Assembly: GCF_006345805.1 (NCBI RefSeq)
Contig: NW_021832205.1
Span: forward strand, 1 to 31,881
DNA from: Octopus sinensis
Lineage: Eukaryota
Direction of reading: 5' to 3'
Length of the DNA stretch: 31,881 nt
Every line of letters starts with the position of its first letter. Position 1 is the first letter of the stretch. The position numbers and the translations under genes are program-made. Under the pieces are notes generated by a model. The model was given only the letters and a program-made list of their open reading frames with translations, was not told the DNA's origin and did not search any database. Below are positions 1-9,097 of the stretch, in pieces.

Positions 1-389
1 AATCAGGGTAGTCCTGGATCTGTGGGGTTCCTTAACTGGATCTAGTTGAAGGCTCTCCTATATCAGGAAGACTGTATCGTCCGTATGCTCACGACTGCGT
101 CTTCCATATGCTCACATATTTTGTATACTGTGTATTCCTTTATCTCATTTCACCCTCCTTGTTTTTCATTTCCGCATTTTCTTATGTACAACCTCTCACA
201 TAAATACTTAATTGTACCTATGATGTCCCCTGTATATGATGCCCCTGAGGCAAGTAAACGAAATTGTTATTATCAAATTTGCTTTTCGACTTTTTGGAGT
301 CGCTAAAATAAGGACCATTCAAGTACCTGGATTGAGGAAATCCACTAGCCTCCTACCCCAAATTTTCAAATCTTGTTCGATTTTGAAGA

Positions 390-495
390 ATTATTTATTA
401 TTATTATTATTATTATTAGTATTATTTTATTATTATTATTATTATTATCATCATCATCATCATCATCATCATTATTATCATTATTATAATTATTC

Positions 496-535
<40 letters not shown>

Positions 536-554
536 GTATCATCATTATTATCAT

Positions 555-589
<35 letters not shown>

Positions 590-765
590 TTATTATTATA
601 TTACTCATCATCATCATCATAATCATATTATCATTATTATATATTAATTATTATTATTATTATTATCATCATCATCATCATTATTATCATCATTATTATT
701 ATTATTATTATTATATTATTATTATTATATTATTATTATCATCATCATCATCATCATCATTATTA

Positions 766-812
<47 letters not shown>
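390..812. repeat. Compound (ATT)n/(ATC)n trinucleotide microsatellite
   Basis: Directly visible ATT runs interleaved with ATC/CAT runs; explains the poly-I/Y/H/L ORFs 236..622 and 553..861. Confidence 0.97.
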
Positions 813-814
<2 letters not shown>

Positions 815-1487
815 GGCGGCAAGCTGGCAGAATCGCTAGCTCACCAAAACCAAATGCTTAGCAGTATTTTGTCCGTTTGCACATTCTGAGTTCAATTCCG
901 TCGGAGTTGTATTTGCCTTTCTTCCTTTCGGCATCGATAAAATAAATACCAATGAGTCATTGGAGTCGCTGTAACTGACTAGTCTCCTCCCCACACCCAT
1001 ATTTCAGGCTGTGAACCTTTAGTAGAAAGGATTATCATGGTGGCAAGCTGATGGAACCGTCGGTGCGTCAGACAAAATGCATAGCGGCATTTCGCCCGTC
1101 TTCGCGTTCTAATTTCAAATTCCGCTGAGGTCGACTTTGCCTTTATCCTTTCGGAGTCGATAAAATAAGTACCAGTGAAACACCAGGGTTGATATAATCG
1201 ACTACTATCCACCTACCCCGCCAAATTTCAGGACTTGCGCCTTTAGTAGAAAGGATTATCATAAGGTGGCGAAGAAGTGCAATCGTTGACGCGTCAGACA
1301 AAACGCTTAGCGGCATTTCGCCCGTCTTCATGTTCTTGGTTCAAATTCTGCCGAGGTCAACTTTGCCTTTCATCTTTTCGGGGTCGATAAAATAAGTACC
1401 AGTGGATCTCTGGGCTCGATGTAATCGACTTAACCCTTACCCACGAACTTGATGGCCTTGTGCAAAAATTTGAAACATTATTATTAT
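813..1487 (+). mobile_element. Three head-to-tail copies of tRNA-derived SINE family A (about 813-1036, 1037-1260, 1261-1487)
   Basis: Each unit has an A-box-like head (ggcggcaagctggcagaatcg and variants), a B-box-like (g/a)gttcaaattc, and the core gaggtcgactttgcctttcatcctttcggggtcgataaaataagtaccag. Units 1 and 2 end in agtagaaaggattatc. Confidence 0.9.
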
Positions 1488-1504
1488 TTGTTTCTTTGGG
1501 TTTC

Positions 1505-1720
1505 TTTTTATCACAGGTCAGCCATGATTAAACAGATCTTTGATCAAAGGCATTCCAGCCACGATCATCCCACGTTTTTATTTTTCAGAGATAGCGCACT
1601 CTTAATAAAATTATCCATTATGTCCTTTTTTTTAAGACTGAGGACGTTTACTTTGAGGGAAATTTAGTGTCTATCTTTAGCAGGTTCAACAACCACATAG
1701 AAACTATGATTAGCTCGACA
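1505..1720 (-). repeat. Diverged interspersed repeat (retroposon-tail-like), related to 7420-7630
   Basis: Reverse complement contains gggatgatcgtggctggaatgcctttgatca, similar to gagatagttacagttcgaatgcctctggtca near 7563-7593. Confidence 0.4.
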
Positions 1721-1882
1721 GAGTATGGAAGTGTGTCGTGGTGCTGTGATTGTATGATGACGTATTAGATCACGTGGTAGCGTGAAGTGGCATGGGGGTG
1801 TAGGACTGCTGCAGTGTGCTAACAGGATGGTATTGTGTTGTGGAGGTGTTTATGGTATGATACTATGGTAGTAGTGCGTGGT

Positions 1883-2310
1883 AAGGGTGTCTTAGCAGGA
1901 TTGTGGACCCCTGGGCAAATCAATATAATGAACCCTATAGCTCTTTCTAGGGAGATATAGACTGATAAGGTCAGTTTCCCAGATTCTGTAGCGTATATAT
2001 TTACTCCCTGGACGGGATGCTGATCGGTCGCAGGATTAATCATTTCTGCCAGCTGAGTGGATAGGAGCAACGCGAAATGAAGACTTTGGATCAAGAACAC
2101 AACGCATCAACCGGTCTACGAATCGAAACCACAATCTTACGATCATGAGTCCAACACCCTAACCACTAAGCCACGCACCTCCATACTGGGCCTTATAGTA
2201 TTCATTTATCAACTGCAAAGCAAAGCATGCATAGAGACTAGAATTGGACCCCTAGATCTGTGGGACCCGCAGGCAACTGTGCAGTGTGCCTACGTATTAA
2301 GACGACACTG
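1883..2310. mobile_element. Possible non-autonomous DNA transposon (MITE) interrupted by a SINE
   Basis: Left end aagggtgtcttag resembles the reverse complement of the right end ttaagacgacactg; internal gg(a/g)cccc motifs; SINE at 1941-2183 sits inside. No TSD seen. Confidence 0.3.
1941..2183 (-). mobile_element. tRNA-derived SINE, family C head with tail 1
   Basis: Reverse strand reads gcgtggcttagtggttagggtg...ttcgattcg...ccactcagctggcagaaatga, then the cctgcgacc...cccgtccagg tail shared with 2695-2790 and 4225-4330. Confidence 0.8.
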
Positions 2311-2574
2311 GTGTGGTATGATAGTGATATGATAGTAGGGTATTGGCTGTGTCTGGCAGAGTAGTGGTTGTAGTACTAAAATGGTATACTGATATTTATA
2401 GTGGTATGGTACTAGTATGGCTCGATAAGAGGGTGAAGTAATGGTACTATAGAGTGGTATTATTACCATAACGAGCTATTGTAAAGCTCTGCGTCTCTAC
2501 TTGCTTGAACTCCGGAGAGAGAGATATGTGTACTATCATATGCGTATGGGTGGAAAAGTGTGGTTTAGTGCTGT

Positions 2575-2925
2575 TGGGCTTAGTGGTGGTGGATTCATGA
2601 TCGTAAGATTGTGGTTTCAATTCCAGGAACGGGTGATGTGTTGTATTCTTCATTTCACGTTGTTCCAATCCGCTCAGCTGGCAAAAATGAGTAATCCTGT
2701 GACGGTCCGGAGTCCCGTCCGGGTGGGGAACTTATACGCCATGGGAGCCGGGAAACCGGCCCTTACCAGACGCCGTGACACAAGAAGGTAACTTTGTGAA
2801 GGTGCATGGCTTATTGGTTAAGGTATTGAGTCCATGATCGTAAGATTGTTGTTTCGGTTCCTGGACGGAGAGATGCGTTGTATTCTTGAGCAAAACTCTT
2901 CATTTCACGTTGCTCCAGTCCACGC
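2575..2925 (+). mobile_element. Two tandem family C SINE copies (about 2575-2790 near full length; 2796-2925 5' part)
   Basis: Repeated gatcgtaagattgt...ttcatttcacgttg(t/c)tcca; the first copy carries tail 1. Confidence 0.8.
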
Positions 2926-2950
2926 AACGTTCCGTCAGATGGGGAATATA

Positions 2951-3700
2951 TAGGATGAGGGAAAAGTAAGCAGGCATTAAAAATTGGTAATAAAATCCAT
3001 GTTCCTTTTACAAATTTATTGAAACAAGTGATACATATTCTTTATTACATGGGTAAATGAAAGTAAATCTTCATATTTCAATGCAAGAACCGGTGGCATC
3101 AACCAGTTTCCTCAAACGGCCAGGGATGGAATGAACAGCCTTCTGCAGGACATCGTCTGGGATTTCGTTGAGAACCTCCTAAATACGTCTCTCCAAGTCT
3201 TCCCGTGTGGTTTTGTCTTGTACACCTCTTTTGTGTAACCCCACGGGTAAATATCACATGGAGTGAGATCTGGACTTCTTGGAGATCTGGACTTCTGTGG
3301 TCACAGTCTTCAAGCTTTAGGTCCTGCACGTAATGGGGTTTCCACGGACGAAAATTCAATTCTTTATGTAACACCGTACGTATTGTGTGTCTTGTTAGTC
3401 CACTTTCACGAGCTGCTTGACGTGTTGATTTTTGAGGGCTGCGATTAAACATTTCCTGCATTGTTGCCACGTTCTCCGCTTATCGGGTTGAACAGCCACT
3501 TTTTGCATCGTTCACAGAGCCCGTGGTCATCAGCTTTGCATGACAACTTTCTATTGTCTCCGGATATCATGTTGCATGCTTGCCTTTCCATGCACGCCGC
3601 CATCTCTGAACCAAAACAATGGAATTGCGCACTTCATAGCGTGCTGCTATCTTAGCTCGCTCCTGAACAGTCAAACGACCAAACGACCGACCATCTGGAA
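2951..3700 (-). mobile_element. Internally deleted Tc1/mariner-superfamily transposon fossil (probably DDxD type)
   Basis: ORF 3099..3470 contains RSPQKSTRQAARESGLTRHTIRTVLHKELNFRPWKPH (HTH region). A second frame gives PRSPDLTPCD and C-terminal ...RLRKLVDATGSCIEI*. TIR-like TA+taggatgagggaaaagtaag at 2949; the other TIR was not found. Confidence 0.85.
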
Positions 3701-3805
3701 AATAAGAAATAAGAAACTAAGAAATCCCCATTAGTGTTGTCTGTTTAAAAGATGTTTTCGTCATGACTTCAGTGATACTAAAAATTCTATAGACAGTTTC
3801 TAATG

Positions 3806-4118
3806 CAGTGGCTCCCAAACTTTTTCGGGCTTCTGCCCTCTTGGCACCCAGGCTACATTCCTAGCGCCTCCACTCCAACTAGCCGTCACAAACATAGACC
3901 TCTTTCTGAAGCAAATTCAAAGCAACTGTATTTCACCAATAAAACTTAACTTAATGAATCCATTATTTTGTTGTTTTTACATGAATCGCTACCCCATTAT
4001 CACCCCCACTTTTTACATGAATCACTACCCCTTTATCACCCCACTTTTTTAAAGCCTTCTTAGAACTTTCCACCGCCCCAGAGATGGGGGGCAATACCGC
4101 CCACTTTGGGAACCACTG
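3806..4118. mobile_element. hAT (Charlie/Ac-like) MITE with perfect 8-bp TSD
   Basis: TIRs cagtggctcccaaact and cactttgggaaccactg; TSD ttctaatg at 3798-3805 and 4119-4126; internal tandem duplication of tacatgaatc(g/a)ctacccc(a/t)ttatcacccc. Confidence 0.92.
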
Positions 4119-4211
4119 TTCTAATGCCTAGTTACACTCCACCCACCCTGTATAAACTCTAATGAAACCGACACTTTGAGTCTATATGACATTTTTTTTA
4201 TATATTTTGCT

Positions 4212-4521
4212 GCTGTTGTTACATGTTCCTTCTTGAGCCATGCCTGGCTCATAAGAGCCGGTTTCCCGGTTTCATTGGCGTATAGGTTCCCTACCTGGAC
4301 GGAACGCCGGTCCGTCGCAGGTGAGCTGCTAGATGCAGGAGGAAAGCGTGAGAGAAAGTTGTGGCGAAAGGGTCAGTACAGGTTCGCTATTACCTTCTGC
4401 CGGTGTCGTGTGGAGTTTAGGTGTTTCGCTCATAAAACACACATCGCACGGTCTGATATTCGAACCCGCGATCCCTCGACCGCGAGTCAGCTGCTCTAAC
4501 CACTAGGCCATGTGCCTCCAC
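4212..4521 (-). mobile_element. tRNA-derived SINE family D, full length, tail 1
   Basis: Reverse strand reads gtggaggcacatggcctagtggttagagcagc...gggttcgaatatcagacc (A/B boxes) and ends in an aac-type tail. Confidence 0.92.
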
Positions 4522-4627
4522 AAAGGTCCTGTTTAGTAAAGTAAGAAACAAAGGGGTCCATAGACAAAAAAAAATGGTTGAGAACCACTAGGTTAAATGT
4601 TGGAGTTGAGCTGGAGTTGAGTTTTAA

Positions 4628-4940
4628 TTTGTTTGTTTGTTTGTTCCTTCTCCAGCCATGCCTGGCTCATAAGGGCCGGTTTCCCGGTTTTCTTGGCGTA
4701 TAGGTTCCCTACCTGGACGGGACGCTGATCCGTCGCAGGTGAGCTGCTAGATACAGGAGGAAAGAGTGAGAGAAAGATGTGGCGAAAGAGTCAGCAGAAG
4801 TTCGCCATTACCCTCTGCCGGAGCCGCGTGGAGTTTAGGCGTTTCGCTCATAAAATACACATCGTACGGTCTGAGATTCGAACCTGCGATCTCTCGACCG
4901 CGAGTCAGCTGCTCTAGCCACTAGGCATTGTGTCTCCACT
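4628..4940 (-). mobile_element. tRNA-derived SINE family D, full length, tail 1 (second copy)
   Basis: Closely similar to 4212-4521 along its length, same orientation, (aaac)n tail. Confidence 0.92.
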
Positions 4941-4949
4941 ATATATATT

Positions 4950-5376
4950 TTTTTTATGTGCGTATGGAAAATTCTGAAGGAGCACGTTCTAAACTTCAGC
5001 ACTAGAGAGAATTTTAATGCACAAACTGATAGCTTCCAAATAAGTCATCTTCACGAGCAAAATCACTCTATTGTACCAGTGTGATATTTAAACGTCCTCA
5101 ATTGTTCAACTGCCTAGCTAAGGAAATCAGAAATATGAAAGAGACCTCTACTGAAGCATTCAAAGAAAAAAAATGGATAAAGTTCTATCGACGATACCGG
5201 ACCAGCCAATCGTTTAAGAATACTCTCAGGGAAGACCAACTGCTGCAAATCCAATCATGGACCAACATCCAATCATAAAGTGACAACAAAACTGGAAGAA
5301 AACAAATTAAGGCGATGCTCCAGCATGGCCGCAGTCTTACGACTGAAACTATTAGGAGAATAAAAGAATAAAAGAA
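4950..5376 (+). mobile_element. 5'-truncated CR1/L2-group LINE: RT C-terminus plus 3' UTR
   Basis: Frameshifted translation WKILKEHVLNF...PQLFNCLAKEIRNMKETSTEAFKE...DKVLSTIPDQP matches the CR1-type C-terminal motif (GPQLFN.LP...FK..LD..L..IPD.P); ends in 8-bp repeats (gaataaaa)n. Confidence 0.8.
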
Positions 5377-5489
5377 CGTGTGTATATTTGAATGTTTGTT
5401 TGTGTGTGTTTGTGTGTGTGTGTATGTGTGTGCGCGTGTGTGGCGTAATATTATGGTAGTATAAAGGAATGTGACAAAGATATGGTAGT

Positions 5490-5572
5490 GTGCTGCTGCT
5501 GTTGCTGTTGCGGGTGCTGCTGCTGTTGCGGGTGCTGCTGCTATTGCGGCTGCTGCTGCTGCTGCTGCTGTT
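5490..5572. repeat. Interrupted (CTG/CAG)n trinucleotide repeat
   Basis: tgc/gct runs with recurring gttgcggg interruptions. Confidence 0.9.
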
Positions 5573-5574
5573 AT

Positions 5575-5850
5575 GGCTTAGAAACAGTGCAACAGTGCGA
5601 ATGGCGGTGTAGCAGCGAGAGGTAATTAGTGATGCTGTGGTTTACAGAGCGGTGCGTGGATGAAGATGAGGTGTCGGCGTCTCTTCTTAGTCAGTAGAAC
5701 TTCCGCCTGGAGGGAGATATTGGTCAGGCAGCCTAATCTAATTGAGATCGAATCAGTGGAGCGACTCGAATAAATGATGTTAAAGGATCTCCAATTTAAT
5801 GATTAAATTCTCCCTACGCCCCCACCCTTCGCCCACAACCAATGCTCCGT
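5575..5850. promoter_or_regulatory. Candidate promoter/enhancer (non-repetitive motif cluster)
   Basis: TAATTAG 5623-5629; ETS-like ACTTCCGCC 5699-5707; CCAAT boxes at 5719-5723 (reverse), 5791-5795 and 5839-5843; TAATCTAATTG 5734-5744; palindrome AATTTAATGATTAAATT 5793-5809; GC/CACCC box at about 5812-5834. Motif matches only; no expression data. Confidence 0.35.
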
Positions 5851-5889
5851 TTCTCTGCATATTTATATGTCTATCTGTCTGTCACGCTC

Positions 5890-5897
5890 TCTCGCTT

Positions 5898-5933
<36 letters not shown>

Positions 5934-6059
5934 CTATCTATCTATCTATCTATCTATCAATCTGTCTGTCTATCGATTTATTTATCTATCTTTCTCTGTC
6001 TGCTTGTCTCTCTCCCGACATCACCTAATAATTCTCACTTCACAAATTAATGGACATCG

Positions 6060-6105
<46 letters not shown>

Positions 6106-6315
6106 AACGGCTTACTCTACCAGACACTTAATCTCTCCCTTTATCTACCTACCTATCTGTCTATCTGTCTGTCTGTCTGATCTATCTCTGTCTATTTCTA
6201 CACACATACATGAATACGCATACACATACCTATACACATACTTACACACACAGAGGCACATAAACACACACACACACACACGCACACACACACACATATA
6301 TATGTATATATATAT

Positions 6316-6348
<33 letters not shown>

Positions 6349-6349
6349 C

Positions 6350-6384
<35 letters not shown>

Positions 6385-6420
6385 GAGAAAGAGAGAGGGG
6401 CGGAGAGAGATGGGGAAAGG
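5890..6420. repeat. Compound microsatellite block (CT, CTAT, CTGT, CA, GA, GACA)
   Basis: Directly visible; explains the SL/IYLS/HT ORFs. Confidence 0.95.
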
Positions 6421-6711
6421 AAGAGATTAACCGTACCATACAATCGAAAAGTTAGACTTCAATGTTAAAGCCAACACGGGTATTGTGTTCAACTTTCGTC
6501 TCTTCACAGAAAAAGAACCAAAAACAGAAAGTAAAAAAAAAGGTAGAACGCGAATCAATGAGGTAGGAGTGTAAATTATTAAGTTGTTGATTTATGTGTG
6601 TGTGTGTGTGGTGTGTGTGTGTGTGTGTGTGTACAAAACATCACATACAAAACATCTTCGTTCCCTCAGCCTCTACTTGTCTCTCTGTTTGTCTGTCTCT
6701 CTCTCTCTCTT

Positions 6712-6745
<34 letters not shown>

Positions 6746-6787
6746 CACACACATTGTGTCAGAAATTACTTATTATAGTTAACAATA

Positions 6788-7200
6788 GGCATAGGAGTGG
6801 CTGTGTGGTAAGTAGCTTACTTACGAACTACATGGTTCCGGGTTCAGTCCCACTGCGTGGCACCTTGGGAAAGTGTCTTCTACTATAGCCTCGGACCGAC
6901 CAAAGCCCTGTGAGTGGGTTTGGTAGACGGAAACTGAAAGAAGCCCGTCGTATATATGTGTATATGTGTATATGTATGTGTGTGTCTGTTTGTGTGTCTG
7001 TGTTCCCCCACCCACCCAACATCGCTTGACAACCGATGCTGGTGTGCTTACGTCCCCGTAACTTAGCGGTTCGGCCTAAGAGACCGATAGAATAAGTACT
7101 AGGCTAACAAAGAATAAGTCCTGGGGTCGATTTGCTCGACTAAAGGCGGTGCTCCAGCATGGCCACAGTCAAAATGACTGAAACAAGTAAAAGAGTAGAG
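6788..7200 (+). mobile_element. tRNA-derived SINE family B, full length
   Basis: Head ggcataggagtggctgtgtggtaag, gggttcagtccc, central ccaaagcc(c/t)tgtgagtgg...gacggaaactgaaagaagcccgtcg, internal TA/TG tract, tail ggcggtgctccagcatggccacagtc...tgactgaaac with an agtaaaag end. Confidence 0.95.
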
Positions 7201-7419
7201 TAACTCGCTCAACCAAATACTCTCACAGTCTCGCTTCCTTTTTTACTCTCCTCTGCGTTACTCACACTTTCTCACCCACTCCTTCTCTTTACCTCTCCCC
7301 TTCTTTTTCCTCTCCCTCTCTATCCTTATCTCTTTCTCTCTCTCATTACATATGATGCTACCTTGTTAGCTTCTGTATAACACATATACTTATTAAAAGA
7401 CGCACGGTCACACAACTAC

Positions 7420-7630
7420 AAATGTCTCAACTTAGTTGCCGGCCTGCAAGAAATAGCAGTCAAAGACTCCTCAAATCAAATCCTGCCATCTTAATTTTTA
7501 GGGGGAGTTGGGGTGGCGAAGAACACATTAGATTGTATAGTCTTAGATAATCTTAAAGGACGAGATAGTTACAGTTCGAATGCCTCTGGTCACTGGTCGA
7601 CTCGATTGGAGATAAAGTTGGATTAAATAA
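7420..7630 (+). repeat. Diverged interspersed repeat related to 1505-1720
   Basis: Inverted similarity to 1505-1720; ends in a taaataacaac tail. Confidence 0.4.
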
Positions 7631-7897
7631 CAACTCAATCATGTTCTTAGTCGATGAGGCTAGAATCATCTCAGGTTAGTGATCCCAGAGGTATCATCGT
7701 GCGTAGAGCCAACCAGGTCCATCAATGCTACCCTACCCCCATCGCGGGCGGATCTGAGCCAGCTCTTCGTCATTGTCATAGGTTTGCGGGCATGCAGAAG
7801 TCCGTTCCGACGTCGAGCCATCCGGTTTCTTCGAGTCGGTGTTCTGTAAGTTTCAGGGTTCTTCTAGCCCTGTGATTAAGTCAGAAACATCTATATA

Positions 7898-8126
7898 GGC
7901 GGCGAGCTAGCAGAAACATTAGCAGGCCAGGCGAAATACTTAGTGGTATTTCATCTGTCTTTACGTTCTGAGTTCAAAATCCGCCGAGGTCGACTTCGCA
8001 TTTCATCCTTTCGGTGTTGATAAATTAAATACCATTACGCACTGGGGTCGATGTAATCGACTTAATTCCTTTGTCTGTCCTTGTTTGTCCCCTCTATGTT
8101 TAGCCCTTGTGGGCAATAAAGAAATA
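7898..8126 (+). mobile_element. SINE family A with 15-bp TSD
   Basis: Full head and core; TSD agaaacatctatata at 7883-7897 and 8127-8141. Confidence 0.95.
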
Positions 8127-8189
8127 AGAAACATCTATATAGGTTACTCTATGTTTGTGTCACCTGGCTTTTATCGTTTAATTATTTTT

Positions 8190-8345
8190 CAGTTGTTGGA
8201 TTGCGGCCATGGTGGAGCAGCGCCTTGAAGAATTTTAATTAAACGAAACAGCATCAGTACATACTTCTTTTATAAGCTTGATACATATTTTATCGATTTC
8301 TTTTGGTAAATCGTTATGTTCCGGGAATATAAACAAAATCAAATA
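8190..8345 (-). mobile_element. Degenerate 3' half of SINE family B
   Basis: gcggccatggtggagcagcgcc matches the reverse of the family B tail. Confidence 0.6.
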
Positions 8346-8361
8346 TACACACACGCATTAT

Positions 8362-8572
8362 CCTTTCTATTATAGACACAAGGCCTGAAATTTTTGTGGG
8401 AGGGGGCCAGTCGATTAAATCGCCCCCAATATGCAACTGGTACTTAATTTATCAACCACGAAAGGATGAAAGGCAAAGTCGACCTCGGCGGAATTTGAAC
8501 AGAGGCAAAGTGTAAAGACAGACGAAATACTGCTAAGCATTTCGACCAGCATGCTAACGATTCTGCCAGCTC
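8362..8572 (-). mobile_element. SINE family A
   Basis: Reverse strand reads gagctggcagaatcgttagc...gttcaaattccgccgaggtcgactttgcctttcatcc. Confidence 0.92.
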
Positions 8573-8583
8573 ATATATATATA

Positions 8584-8656
<73 letters not shown>

Positions 8657-8683
8657 TATATACATATATATATATATATATAC

Positions 8684-8751
<68 letters not shown>
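8573..8751. repeat. (TA)n followed by (TG)n microsatellite
   Basis: Directly visible; explains the IY-repeat ORFs. Confidence 0.97.
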
Positions 8752-8752
<1 letters not shown>

Positions 8753-9051
8753 GAGGCGCAATGGCCCACTGATTAGGGCAGCGAACTCGCGGTTGTAGGA
8801 TCGCGGTTTCGATTCCCAGACCGAGCGTTGTGAGTGCTTATTGAGCAAAAACACCTAAAAGCTCCACGAGGATCCGGCATGGGGTGGTGGCGATCCCTGC
8901 TGTACTCTTTCGCCACAACTTTCTCTAACTCTTTCTTCTGTTGGCCTGCTCACTTAGCCAGCGTGGTGGCGTCATTGGAGGCTAAAAAAACAATGCAAAG
9001 CGCATTGTGACCAGCGATGTGTAGCAATATCTGATAGCCTGGTCGGTGACG

Positions 9052-9052
<1 letters not shown>
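8751..9052 (+). mobile_element. SINE with family D head and a different 3' tail (tail 4)
   Basis: ggaggcgcaatggccc...tttcgattcccagacc...aagctccacg...cgccacaactttctct is shared with 4212-4521; it diverges after ctctttc into ctgttggcctgc...ggtcggtgacggtga. Confidence 0.85.

Positions 9053-9093
<41 letters not shown>

Positions 9094-9097
<4 letters not shown>

Noticed and set aside
1-390. ORF 46..306 and neighbouring sequence; also 27700-28020 and 28300-28560
   Set aside because: Probably decayed retroelement (Penelope-like) sequence, but no diagnostic motif could be read with confidence, so it is not annotated.
6813-7022. Recurrent ORF-like peptides such as ...RRASFSFRLPNPLT...RSGTEPGTM (also 13367..13555, 23057..23368)
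   Set aside because: They recur because they are antisense readings of SINE family B, not a gene family.
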